Positions 37,139 to 51,500 of a stretch of DNA of 64,000 bases are shown piece by piece. Numbering within the stretch: the stretch's first letter is position 1; every line of letters starts with the position of its first letter. Source of the stretch: Cenococcum geophilum (Eukaryota); assembly GCA_050273025.1 (NCBI GenBank), contig CP158635.1:11594001-11658000 (forward strand), read 5' to 3'. Under the pieces are notes generated by a model. The model searched no databases, was not told where the DNA came from, and worked only from the letters and a program-made list of their open reading frames with translations. The translations under genes were made by a program, and so were the position numbers.

Positions 37139-40100
37139 TCCATTCAGCAATAGAGCCGGCAGAACTCTACACCGCCCCTGGAATTCGATGATGCAGCTGC
37201 GCGATAAGAACGACACCGAGAGCCTCAACTGATTGCACGGATACAGAGCCGATTGTACGATGCAGAGCTAGACGCAGAGCTGCATGCAGAGCCTTGATCG
37301 AACGACTGCACGGAAACCTTGATCAATCGAGTGACTGCACAGAAGCCGCGACTGGTCGAGGAAACGAATCAAGCCAGAGCCTCGATGTCAGCACGTCGCC
37401 GTCACTGAATCGAATCAGTCGAATGTCGTCAAATTAGAGCCTTCGACCGGGCCGACCTTGTTCCTTAATCGAACGACGACTGACCGCAGCACGACTGCCA
37501 CTGCTATCCGAATTCAGTACTGCGCCAGCTGCACGACGAGAACGGATACCGCGGCAAGGAAGGGACCTGTACAAGGGCAGTAGCATGATATTGGAAAACA
37601 AGCACCGCGGAAACGGCAAAGCAGTATATAAAGAGGCACTGCAAGACAAGAGAAGACAAGGATGCTCTGCAAGAGATCGTACATAGGGCACAGCTGACCC
37701 CCTTAAGCCTAAGCCATCCTCATGCGACTGAAGACAGGACCGAGCTGTATCTGGCTAAGCCAGTGAAGGACCTTGTTAAGGATTACAAGGGGAATAGGAA
37801 TATACAAGGGCAAGGGATATGCGACAGAAGTAGTCACAACAGCCAAGACGCTGCCACCGGATGACCTCGAAGATATGGATGACGGCTTAGGCAGTTCTAA
37901 GGAAGATTAGGGCCTACGGCAGCAGCCGCAAAGGCCTAAGGATGCGCCGAAGAAGCCAAGGACAAAGGCAGCCCAGAGGTGGAAGAAAAGCAGCTGTAAA
38001 AGACGTCCTACAAAAGCGCCGGGCCTGTGGTAGTGGTTCAGAGGAAGCTGCCGTTAGTGCTCGCGAAGGAGGAAGTCTTAGGACAGGTCTCTGGATTGGA
38101 CGTCTGGAGGATGCTAAGAGCCTTGATTGTACGATGCGGAGCCTTAATCGATTGCATAGATGCAGAGCTTTGACCGAACGACTACACAGTCAGAGCCTTA
38201 ATCGATTGTCTGCAGATACAGGGCCTACGGATGCAGAGCCCAGGTCGTACGTACAGCGGAAGACGCCTTGAGTCAAGCCAGAGCCTCAGTCAAATCCTAA
38301 TCAGTCGAACGCCGCCTATACAAGTCAAGTCGTTAAAATAGAGCCTTCGGTCGGGCCGACCTAATACCCTATTTAGACGTCAGTCGATTGTACGTTGTTA
38401 CAGTCAAATCGAATCAGTCACCCGTTGCCGTCAGACGTCTTCAATCAGCAGTTAAAGATCCTACAATGGCAGACACGCAGGTATGCAGGCACTAGGCCTA
38501 ACCAGGAGATCAGTATACAGCCGGAAGAACGTTTTGGAGCCTATGCGAGAGTCTCTTCCCTTAGCTGTCCCCCCCTTATCGATCGATTGCCGCCCGTCTC
38601 AACGCTTACGGATTGGTTAACCAGAACGATCTTTCCTGCAGGCATAGATACGGAACTTTACACGGAGTCTCACACGGAGTTGTATAGGGAGTCTACGGAT
38701 ATGGAGCATATAGGTGCAGAGCCTTAATTGGACAACAGTACGGCAGCTTAACTGGACGCCGATATATGCGAAGCCTTAATCGACGACAGATGCGGAGCCT
38801 TAACCGACGTACGTCTACACGGAAGCTTTAATCAGCTATCTACGGATGTAAAGCCCTAGTCGTATATGCAGCAGAAGACACCTTGAGTCAAGCCAGGGCC
38901 TCATCAAATCTCGATCAGTTGAACGCCGTCTCCGCATTTAAATTAGGACAGTCAGAGCCTTCGACTAGGCCGACTTTCTACCTTAATCAAACAACCGAAC
39001 GATCAGTTGCAGCACGTCATCGCCGACCAATTAGACAGTCTTTGGCCAGCAGTCAAGGCAGCCATACACGCATACGCGCAGACACGGACGCAGATACGGA
39101 CGCAGGATATGCAATACAGAGCTATTAATGCACAGCTAGATGCACAGCCAGATATACAGCCAGATGCACAGTCAGCCGCATAGTTAGATGCAGAGCTATG
39201 CGGACGTAAAGCTTGGCGATGCAGGGCCTGATGCAAAGCCACGGGCAGAGCCTTGACTGAGAAGCTGCGTACGATGCAGACCAATGCAGAGCTAGATACA
39301 GAGTCTTGATATCAAGCGACCAGCTGAACGATCAAATTAAGCCAGAGCCTCTGCTACCTTGATCGACTGCCCTACCGCCACCGCTGCTGCTGTCACTATT
39401 CCGTCCAGCTATTCCGACCTTGCTGTCTCAACTGACTGCTCTGTCTCTACTGTTCTAGATCTATACCGTTACTAGATCTATTTTACTGCCAGATCTACTA
39501 AATCTTTTATGCCGTCCAACTGTTCCAACCGACCTGCTCTAGGCCTAATGCTATTTTGACTATTCTACTGCTGCTCTCCCGACCGCCATACCCTACCGTT
39601 TTAATCGCCCCGCCGCCACCCGACTAGCTGCCTCCGACCGACTGCTACCGACCATTCTGTTATTAACTGTTCTGTTACTGCTACTACTGCTACTACTGTA
39701 TCAACCGACTGCTGCTGACTGACTACCATCGACCGTCTGCCGCTACCGAGATTTCTGCTACCAAAAGTTCTGCTGCCGGATATCCTACTACTTACTAACT
39801 GTTAGCGAGTTCTACCACCGACTGTTCTATCTTATTTTGCCGCGCTGACTGTCTGCTTTTATTACTGTTTATGCCACTATTACTATTACTGCCGCTACTG
39901 CTGTTACTGCTGCCGTTATTATTTTTGGTTTACTGCTGTTCTAGTTGCTACTAATAGGAAGATCGGATTTTAGCTATAGGTAACGGAAGGACACCGTAGA
40001 GCAGTTCTATGGAAGGGCTAAGGATATAGTTACCTGCGTTCGTTTAGGGATATGCTTTCTTTTATCTATTCTGCTTTTACTATACTCTCGTTTTACTATT

Positions 40101-43100
40101 CTTCTATATTATAGAACGTTAGGGGACAACGTTCTTAGTAGGGGAGGTATGTAGTGGTGTAGATTGGACGTCGCCTACTGTCTTAGCATTTTTCCTATAT
40201 TTATAGAGCCTTCGGCTTCCTTCCTTCTTCCCTCTATCATATATACAGATATATCACGACCTTACCAGTTACCAGAAATACACTCTTTTCTTTCTTTCTT
40301 TCTGACTGATTATAACTGACTGACTGACTGACTGACTGACTGACCGACCGACCGACCGACCGACCGACAGACTGACAGACTGACGGCACTGTGACTTTCC
40401 TATCTTAGAGAGGTCGTACCCTCCCACACTATTAATAATATACTCTTCTTAAAGTCTTAACACTAAGCCTATAGCTCCGTTATGTCCTTAAGTTAGTCCT
40501 TTATAAAATAACTTAATAACCTCTTTTATAATAGATCTTGGTACGTATATTACTTTTTAATTTTTATACTACTTTAAGTCTGGATCCTCTGTTTATATAT
40601 TTAGGATCTTTTATATCTAATTACTCTCTAGTAATTTATGGGTTTTCTCTTCTTATATTGCTGCGATTTTTAGATAATTATATTTAATTAATCTGTCTAT
40701 ATCTTTTCGCAATAAAGCCCCTAATGGCTTTTTATTATTTTATAGTTCTGCCTTTCTACTTAGAGTATCTACTTGTGCGTTCTCTATACCCTTAATATAC
40801 TAAATCTTAAAATGGTATTCTATAAGCATCTCCGCCTATCTAACTTATCTGTAATTAAGTTCTTTTATTATTAGGAACCCCGTTAGGTTCTTATAATCCG
40901 TCTTAACTATAAATAGTTTTTCTATACCTTATAAGAACAACCTTTATTTCTTTAATACTACAACTATACCTAATAACTCCTTATTATAGATGTCATAGTT
41001 TAGTTCTAGTAGTGTTATCTTTTAACTATAATATACTACTAGGTGCCATCCATCCTAATATTTCTATAGGAAGTACGCTTCTAGTATATAGTCTAATATA
41101 TTTATTTCAACTACTATCTCTAGCCGTGGTTAATAGATTTTAAGAACTGGCTCCTAGGTAAACAACTACTTAATCTTTTTAAACAGTTCCTTTTATTCCT
41201 TTCCCTATACCTATAGTTCTTCCTTCTTCGTTAATCTTATAAGTGGCTTAATATTTTTTTAACTATTAAGCTATAAACCTTCTGCAGTAGTTGCAGAACC
41301 CTAGAAATAACCTTAACTATATTATATTTTTTAGTTTTTGCCAATTTACTATAGCCTTAATCTTCTTTAGATCTATGCTAAGTTAGTCTAGTTTAATAAT
41401 AAATTTAACAAAATCCGTTTTCCTAGTAAAGAACTCGCATTTCTTAATTGCTACTAGCATCTGCTCTTCCTATAGCCTTTTTAAGACCTATTTAACGTGT
41501 TCTCCATGTTCTTTCTCACTTATTAAGTAGATAATAATATTATTAAGGTATACTATAACAAATTCATCTAAGTGTTCTCTTAATATATTATTAATACGCT
41601 TCTAAAACATTGCTAGTACGTTTATAAGCCCGAATTATATAACTAGTGGTTTATATAGTCCTTCCTTTAACCTAAAGGCTGCCTTCTATTTATCGCCTTC
41701 CTTAATCCTAATCTAATAGTATGCCTATCTTAGATCTATCTTCGTAAAGATTTGCACATTACTAATCCTATCTTAGATTTTGCTAATTAAGAGTAAAGGA
41801 TACCTATCCTTCCAAGTAATATTGTTTAACTATCTATAGTTAATATATAGCCTAAGTTTTCTATTCTTCTTTAATACAAACAGTACTAGATATCCTGCTA
41901 ATAACTATAATAGTCTAATATATCCTTTTCAAAGATTTTCCTAGACAAACTCCTTAAGTGCCTATAACTCTTTTTCTATTAACTTATAAGTTAGGTAGAA
42001 CCTTAGACTTATTCTTAGTTCTAGCTCTATTTTATAGTCCTATACTACATACTCTAACAGCTTTTTACTTTCTAGTAACTATAGCTTCTTACTATACTTA
42101 TAGTATCTTTTTGGTACATAACTTAATCCTTAATTAGTCTCCTCGTATATCGCTTCAACTTAGTACTATACTAACTTAGTTTATTATTGTATCTTATATT
42201 ATTATATATCTCTAATATTAACCTAACCTATAACCTAATTAATCTTTAGATTATATTCCTATAACTAAGGCATTCCTAATACTACCTTATTATTCCCTAA
42301 TGGTAATATATTAAAAGACATCTCGATTTATCTCCCTTTAATAGTTATCTAAATTAGTCCTATTTTAAAATTAATAATGCCTCCTCCGTAGGCTATTAGA
42401 TCTCCTAAAATTATTACTAATAGGTAAGGGTGCTCTTTTTGCCTATGTAGTAGCCCCATCCTTTTAACTACTATTAGTAAGATATAGTTTCTTATTACTC
42501 TACTATCTACTAATACTTTAAACTACTAATCTTACTATTTAACTCTTAGATTTAGGTGTTGTCTTTAAATTCCTTTAAGGGTCTAAGGCTTTACCACTAG
42601 CTCCCTCTAGTCCTATAGGCCTTTACTTTTCCCAACTATTAGCTACTTAATCCTATTATACTTAGCTTATTCTTTAGCTAATGCCTAGTTTACTTTTTGT
42701 CTTTAATATACTATAAATAGGTATTCTCTAGATATTCCCACCATTATTATCTATCTAAGTATTCTTCCATAAGGAATCTTCCTAGTTAAAGTATTAAACT
42801 TCCTTCCTCTTAGGCTTCTGCTAGATGCCAGCCGTGTATATACTTAGTATTTCTATACTATTATTTATCTATTATCTAGTACATCCTTATAGGGTATTTT
42901 TAATTCTTTTCCTTTAGATTCTTGTGTATCTTATATATATCGTCTACGCATACAATCTATAATAGCGTATAATATACTAAGTGCTTTAGGTTAACTCTTA
43001 ACTTGTTTTTATCCTTAAGTTTAAACCTCTATCGCACTAATCTAAACGTTATAACTTTATTCGCAGGTACTAAGACGCGCCTCTCGCTTCTCTAGTCCTC

Positions 43101-46100
43101 TAATCGTTTCTCTAGATCCTTTAATGTTATAATTAAGGCTCCTTTAATATAATTTATCGCTTTTTCTGTAATTAAGTAGTCTTAGATAACTTTTTCGTTT
43201 AACCATATATAGAAATCTTCCCACTTATTATTACGTTATTACCTATACCACTTTTAATACAGCTGCTGGAGTATATACGGTTTATCCATAAGGAAGTATC
43301 TTCTTATTACTGCGTCATGACAGCCTTTTATATATCGTTCTTTAAACCTAGTAGGAATCCCTAGATCCTCTTCATCTTCTAGTTTAGTAAGCCACTTAGC
43401 TCTTAGTATGCCTATCTTAGGTCTATTAGTAATTCTTTATATAGGTGCTCTGTCCCTTATACAACCTAATATGCTAGATCTCTTATCTAGTTTCTACTCT
43501 TACCATAAGGTAATTCTTGCTCTAAATTCCTCTATAGTTTCTTTCTTTTCGCGTTTTATAAGTGGATCCTTAAAGTCTTCTTACTTCTTAATCTTGGTAT
43601 TAAACTCTTAATCTTTAGTCTAAATATCTCGTTTAACTAGTAAGTCCTTTAGGTCTATGTATTTGTCTCCTAATCTAACTGCTATTTATATTACAGATTC
43701 TCTAATCTATAAGGAAGCTGCTTGCTTTTTACTTATAGGTGTCCTAATTCATACACTAAATTCTTAATCCCTTAGATTCTTTAATCCTAAGCTTGCTTCT
43801 AACTTAAGCTTAGCTTCAGCCTTAGTCCAACTAGGCTTTACTAGTGTTCTTATCTCGTCTTAAGAGTCTTAAATCTTACTCATCTTATCTTAAAAATCTT
43901 ATGCCGTTAGGAACACTTATCCCGAGCTTATTTATATATTCTTAAACTAAGCTGCTACCCTGCCCCATTGGTTTGCGTCTGTTATAGGTCCTTAAATATA
44001 CCTTATCTTGTCTTAAAAATCTTAGTTATCTCTTATCTCGTCTTAAGAATCTTAAGCCTTTAGCCTTTTGCCTTTATTAAGTAGTAAGCTAGCACTAGCA
44101 GTCGTCTACTTGCTTAATCGTCTCTAGATATTACTCCTTCCGTCTTATAAAGCGATAGATGCCGTATCTAATGGTATTATAATACCCGTTACTAAACCTT
44201 ACTCTATAGCGGTCTTAGTCTCTACTTCTATTACGTTATTAAGGTTTAAATACCCCTAGTTGGTTCCTTTACTGTCCTTATTACTATTAATTAATAAGTA
44301 CTTTAACTCCATTATTATTATTACTGATTATTATCCGTATATTGCTATAATATCTTAATCTAGCTTATAGAGTCGATCTTATTCTTTATCTAACTCTTTA
44401 GTTCCTTTAAGTCCTCTTAACTCTAGCTCTTATAGCCAATAGCTTGCACTATACTTGGCGTCTTTATAAATTTAGTATATGTTATTATAATAAAACGCGA
44501 AACTTCTAATTAAATATTCTTTCGTTCCTTATAGCATACTATTATCCCTCTATACGTATATATTATATACTACTAGTCTAGTTCCTTTTACTATATAATA
44601 ACTCTAATCACTTTTACAGTCTCTAGTAAAATAACCCTGTTTCCCGCAATTTATATAAGCTCCGTTTTTAAACCATTGCTTTTACTATAGAGTCCGCTTA
44701 AATATCTTCCGCTATTAAGATCCTTGGTTTAGACTATGCTCCTTAGTCCTATAATTACTTAATTCTTAACTTCTAGGTTTCTATAGTTGCTTTCCCTATC
44801 TTTTATAGGTTTCTCTAGTACTACTTAGGTCCATTAGCTCTGCGCTATACCATAGTTTCTAATTTAGCTTTAGTTATTGCGTACTCTACGTCTTATACAA
44901 CTATAGAACTCTATCCTAACCTCTCTTAATCTGTTCCCTTTAAAAGATTCTATTATTAATCTTAATCGCTTAATCTATTAATTCTCTTAGGGTGTCCGTA
45001 TCTTCTATTAGAATAATTACGTCCTAGACTTTAGCCTTAAGTCCCTATTTATACTATACTATAAGCGCCTTATCGTTTTATTCGACCTATATAGTAAGTA
45101 TTTAAAACTATATTATATACTTAATTGCTAAAGTTCGCTATATTAAGTCCTAAAGCTTTCTCTTTACTATAGTTGTTACTTCCGGGTCCCTAAATATCTA
45201 TATTAATTGTTTCGCGAATCCTACCTAGCTAGAAAACACAAATCGTACCTCTTAATTAGTAGTAGTTATTCCGTTAGTTTGTATTTCTGTTAAGTAGGGT
45301 TTAAACTATTTAAGTGCTTAACCCGTTAGGAATAGTCCTGCGTAGGCTATCTAATCTATTATTATGGCTAACTTAGCCCCTTCTTACATAACTTTAAAAT
45401 GTATTTACGTTAGGAATCCTTTAAGCTTTAATCTCTCTCCTAAGAATTATTTAATTAAAGGTAACTTAACCTTTACTGCTTTAATCCCATTAAGTCTCTC
45501 TTTAAGTATTTAGTTGTTCTTGTTTAACCTATTAACGATTTCCTATAACTGCCTAACCGTGACTAGTTGTAAGTTAGTATCTTATATACTTGTATCTCCA
45601 CTTAACCTTAAAGTGGTTGCTGCCGTTAACGGCGTTGTAGTGGCTGCTTTTAGTGGCATATTATTCGACTTCTTAAAACCGTAACCGTGGTAGTAATTGT
45701 ATAACGGAGCCTTATAGTAGGAACTACGGTGGACTCGTTAATGGGCTAGGTATATAGGTATTGCCGGAAGTTAACAACGTAATAATAACTAGTAGAGTGG
45801 TTGCCTAATAGATTAGCTCTAATTATATTCTAAGAATTACTATAAGGAAGGAACTATCTAGGTAGGGACTAAGGGTCCTTAAATACACAACCGTACTCCT
45901 ATAAAATCCTTCTTATACATAATATACGTGTTGTACATAAGGTACGTAAGTTCCTCTTGTTCCTCTTATTTAATACGTAGCACGTTATATAACCTTAGCT
46001 ACCATTCCTCGTCATATAGTTCCACGGGCTCTATTCTGGACCGTGCTTGTATTAACCAACTAGCTTCTTCCGACTCTTCTCTAAGTAGTCGTAACATCGT

Positions 46101-48565
46101 ACTTAAAGCGTCCGTAACACTAGCTCTCCTTTTCTAACTAAGCCCTATAGAAAAAAGCGTAAAGCAAAAAATCTAACCCTATTTAATAGTAAGGGATTAC
46201 TAACTAAAAAGTAAGAAATTTTTAAAATATGGGAAATAAAGATTTAAGGCGTTTTTTAGAGGGATATAAAGTGCTTTAAGACCCTAATAGACGAAGTCCT
46301 TTATATATTAGATATACTAATAGATAAGGCTTATAACTATATTAAGTATAGCCTTAATATGCTATGCATACATCTAAATAACTTAGGTAAATGGACCTTC
46401 TCTAACTAAGAGTCTATATTTGTGTATATAAGGAAGCACTATAAGACTATAGATATAACCTAAGCAGCTAAAAATAAGCTAAATACCTTAAGCTAAGGTA
46501 AGCGTAACTACTAGCCCTAGAAAGTAGAGCTTAATAAGTTAATAATTAAAGTAAATAAGACTAAGGAATAAAAAGTGGATCTGCTTAAGAAGAATATTTC
46601 CTCTAAGATAAAGGACCTAGCTTTTACCCTTAGCTGTAAAATCGGCGATACTAACTATAAAGACTGGAGCGAGTAGATAAATATATTCGCTTATAACCTA
46701 TAGAACTATACCTATTATACAAAGCTAAATACCGCTAAGCTAAGTACTGCTAGTAGCTATTAACCTATATTACTATAGAATGACCTAATAGACCTTAACG
46801 CCGTTAAGTTTAGTAGTAGTAGTAATAGTCTTCCTAATAACGTCCGAAGATATTATATAGATAATAGACTTTATATAGCGTATAGTTAACCTAGCTACTA
46901 AAAAGATGCTTATAACCCTTAGAAAAACTTAAATCCCCTTTTAATACTACCGCGTTAACCCCCTCTTAGCTACGGCGGATTCTTTAATAAAGGGGATAGT
47001 AATTAAGGCGGTAACTATAAATAAGAACATAGGTTCGGATATAGAGACCCGCCCCTATAATTCCCTTCCCTAATATAGTTTTAGCTAATAGTCCTATACG
47101 CGAACTATGGATAAGTACTCTATACTACTACTAATTATAAAACCGGCTATATTATTAGTAAAGTACCCTTTAGCATATATACACCGTTAGAGACTAATAT
47201 ATTAGAATATACTAGCTAAGACTATAACCACCAGCTAAGCCCTATAATTTAGCTATTAAAAGGCTAACCCTTAGACTAAGTCGCCTTTAATAGTTAGAAC
47301 TATACAGGGAGGAGGATAAAAGGATTAGATTTATACTACTAGATTAGTTAAACCTTATTTTAAGCTAGCTACTACTTAACCTTAAAATAGTAAATAGCGA
47401 TAGAAATGCTATCCTTATTTAAACTTACCTCTCCTTACCGTATAACCTACTCCTATAAGTTTTTATTAAAATAGTAAGTCTTATTAATACTGGTAGTATA
47501 ATACTAGCGTTTATAGATAAAAACTCGCTTATAAAAAAGTATAATATTATAACGAAAAGTGTAGGTATTATAAGGTAATATTACGTATCTACAGATTTAT
47601 AGGTAGTATAATAATTGTTATTCTTTTTCTCTCTTCCTTAAGGAAGGGCGAGGAGCTTAAGGCTTCTCGCTACGCTAGTGCCGTGGCAATACGTGACGGC
47701 AACTTGCCTATATTCCTGACACTGGCAACTCTTCTTTTACGGTTGCTATCTATATATATATACCGCTTAACTAGCGTAATAAATATTAATCCTCCTTACT
47801 TACTATTGCTATTGTAATATAAGTCTTGCTGTCTTAATATTTGCCTCTTAGCACGTAGTGCTTTCTTACTTAGAAGTTATAAGTAGATATCTTGTTAGAA
47901 GGGCCGCTAAGGCGCTAGTAGTAAGCGAGCTAATAGCAATTTTTTATCCTGGGGATGGAAAATCCTAATTAGCTGATTTAAGTTAGGGTTTATAGAATAT
48001 TATACTCCTACTCCCTTTTAACCTAATCTTTAACTTATATATATAGAGTATTTATATTAATAAACGTCTCTAGTACCTTATTTAGGTTTGCCTTTATTAT
48101 TATATTTACTGGGTTATCTTAGCTATTAATCTATTAAATCTTAAAGAGTTTTTAACGCTTATAGGATTACTAAAGTGCTATAATATTAATTATAAGGCGC
48201 TTTTTTTTGTAGTACTAAGCTTAACTAAACACTTATAGAGGGAATATAAGTTAGTATACACGATTATAGGGATAATAGGAAATTCGAGTTAATTTATAAT
48301 TATCTTTAGGGTAGTTTCAATTGCAATTGCTATATTAACTCCGCTAACTATTCTATATATCTAACACTAAAACGCTTTAAATAACGCGCTTACTCTTAGT
48401 TAAGCTCTAATAGATAAAATTACTATAGATTATAAAGTTATTCTCTTTAGTAGATTTATTTATAATAATAATCTTATATCCTAGCTAGGAGCTAAAATCT
48501 TTATTATTTATAAATAATCTATTAATAAATATAAAGAGCTTAGTAGTAGGAAGATTAATAGGCAC

Positions 48566-51500
48566 TATAACGGAACCTTGTAGTAGGAACTACGATAGGC
48601 TTATTATTAGGCTAGGTGTATAGGTAATGCAAATTAAATTTAACAACGTAATAATAACTGGTGGAGTAGTTGCCTAATAGATTAACTCTAATTATATTCT
48701 AAGAATTACTATAAGGAAGGAACTATCTAGGTAGGGATTAAAGGTCCTTAAATACACAACCGTACTTTTATAAAATCCTTCTTATACGTAATATACGTAT
48801 ACTCTATTTGCTCTATTACGGATTATATAGATTCTATAGATTCTATAGATTACCCTATATAACCTTAGCTACTATTCCTTATTACATAGTTCTATTAGCT
48901 CTATTTTAGACCGTGCTTATATTAACTAACTAGCTTCTTTTAACTCCTCTCTAAGTAGTTATAATATTGTACTTAAAGCGTCCGTAACACTATCTCCCTC
49001 CTCTTTATCTTTATCCTTAAAGATTTTAAATATCTCTAAGTTGTCTATTAGAGGTGTAATATCCATCTAATTAATTTAGTTAATATTGTTACTTATTATA
49101 CCTAAGGCTCCTTCTTCTTTATCTATAGCTCGTTGGTCTTATACCGTTGCTATAATATTATCTCTTAGTGAAATTATGCCGTCTCTATATTCTTGTTATA
49201 TAAAAAAGGGGTTAGTCTATATTACGTTAGCGAGTCCATCCTCCTAATAACTATCCTTTTATTTAGAGTGTACTAAAGCAAATATTTATTCGTCTTATAA
49301 CATTCGCTTTATTTCTAATACTAAATATACGCGACTTATTACTTTAAATAGTTGTCTAGTTCCCTAATTAATTTATCTTAAGGTTTTATATTTAATCTAT
49401 TACTGCAAAGCTTAATAATAAACTATTAGTGGTGTTGGTAGAGCTTTGTCGCTTCCGGGACGCTAAGCGTAAGGCTGCTAATATTTAGCAATAGGCCCTT
49501 AAGGCTCGCCTTGCTACGTCCACTCGGTTAATCCGTCTTAAGAAAGTATATAAGAAGGTCCGTTCTAAGGAGTAGAAACTTATAAAATAGGGTCTATAGG
49601 AACTTAGTAATAAAAGAACGGATTCTCTTCCGGCCAAGAAGGAAATAAATTTAAGTAGTTTAGTAACTACTCTTCTTAGGTCCCCCTTAGGTGATTTGTT
49701 TTTTAGTAATCCTTTTTTATTAATACTACCTAACCTAATCTCTTTTAATACTCCTATACCTTTCCTATAGCATTTTTAAATTCTTTAATAGCTCCTAGGT
49801 AGTCTTATTATAGCCTATCTACTTTACTTTATACTATATTTTGTCGTTAATATCCTTATAATTAACGATCTTTAAAATTTACTATTTATCTTCCTCCTAT
49901 CTTCTATATGTGTCTACTTTATAGACTAGTAGCTTAATATTTCTATATGCTAGTTCTAGTATTGCAATATACTATATAGGGTAGATTTTTATTTTAGCTA
50001 GTAGGTTTAACTTAAATATAACTAGTAAAATCCTCTAAATAATTTTAAAAGGTCCCAGTCTAATATAGTCTAATTTTTTACTTGGTTATTAACTCTTAAA
50101 TTTTTTATATAGTAGCTATACTTTATCTCCCTCCCTAAGATCTAGTCCCTTAGATCTCTTAGTATTATAGTACCTTTTTATTCTCTTTTATACTTTCTTT
50201 ACTAATTCTATAAGGCCTATATAAAGGTTTATTAACATCTTTATTTTTTCTTTAGCTATACTACTTATTTTCTTTACTTATTATAGTAATAATAATATTC
50301 TTAGCTTATATCTGTAATTTGCCCTAAATAGTAATATGCCTATCCCTTTTTAAGGTGTTATATTATATATAAACTATATAACTAGTAGTAACAATACCTA
50401 ATTATTCTGCGCGTAATTAATATAATATCTTAGATACTGTTCTAGTGTCTAATTTAATCTTTTCGTTTAACTATCTGTCTACAGATAATATATAGTAGAA
50501 GTCACTGCTCTAACTCCTTATTCCACTAAGAATACCTCCTAAAATACTGCTATAAATCTTAAATCTCTATCCGATATAATCTTGTTTAGTGCTCCATATC
50601 TTATAAATACTTCTTTAATATAGATTCTAGCAATATAACCTCCTATAGTCTCTCTAGTATTTTAATAGGTTGTAGCCCTCTATATGGCTTATACCTTATT
50701 AGTTTATTTCTTTAGCAATCTAGATATTTCTTTATAACTTTCTATGCTAAACTCTAAATTCCATTAATAATATACTCCTTTTAGAGTCTTAATACTAAGC
50801 CTATAGCTCTATTATATCCTTAAGTTAATCCTTTATAAAAATCTTCTATAAATCGTTCTGCTATGCTTTTTAGAATATACTTTACTTCTTAATTTTTGTA
50901 TATATCTGCTTATAGATCTTCTAGCTATACTTTTAGAATTCTTTATACCTAAAAGCTTTCTAGTGATTTATAAACTCTATCTAGTTCTTCTTAAGTTGCT
51001 GCAATTTTTGGATAATTGTACCTAATTAATCCGTCTATATCTTTTTATAGTAAAGCCCCTAATAGCTTTTTATTATTTTATAGTTTAGCTTTTTAACTTA
51101 AGGCGTCTGCTTGTATATTATCTATACCCTTAATATACTAAATCTTAAAATAGTATTCTATAAGCATCTCTGCCCATCTAACCTATCTTTAGTTAAGTTT
51201 CTTTATTATTAGGAATCCTATTAGGTTCTTATAATCCATCTTAACTATAAATAGTTTCTCTATGCCTTATAAGAATGCTCTTTATTTTTTTAGTGCTATA
51301 ACTATACCTAATAACTCCTTATTATAGATGTTATAGTTTAACTTTAGTAGTATTATTTTCCGACTATAGTATGCTATTAGGTGCTATTTATCTTAATATT
51401 TTTATATAAAGTATACCCCTAGTATATAGTCTAATGTATTTATTTCTACAATCGTCTCTAATCCTAGTTAATAGATCTTAAGAACTAGCTCCTGGGTAAA

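Larger units (their letters stand above)
33952..40428 (+). mobile_element. Element E: gag-only non-chromoviral Gypsy (Ylt1-like), 6477 bp, lightly RIPed
   Basis: 279-bp LTRs at 33952-34230 and 40150-40428 containing (GACT)n(GACC)n; 4-bp TSD CTAT; PBS at 34238; PPT ~40137-40149; no PR/RT/IN motifs seen. Confidence 0.9.
31638..46119 (-). mobile_element. Chromovirus family A copy 2, full length, holding element E in its integrase
   Basis: 420-bp LTRs at 31638-32057 and 45700-46119; TSD CTAGC; reverse-complement homology to A1 throughout. Confidence 0.96.
25260..47559 (+). mobile_element. Ty3/Gypsy family C: 5' LTR, gag and start of protease; the rest is displaced by D2
   Basis: 196-bp LTR 25260-25455 (TGTCACGG...CTGTGACA); gag pieces at 25456-25895, 31463-31637 and 46120-47265 with DLIDLNA (DPMDLDA) and a degraded knuckle ~46870; protease LINTGS (LIDTGS) ~47480. 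Confidence 0.82.

Noticed and set aside
37434..39284. ORFs of 80-110 aa inside E as env or cargo genes
   Set aside because: They are low-complexity repeats with no consistent frame among modules and no signal or transmembrane pattern.
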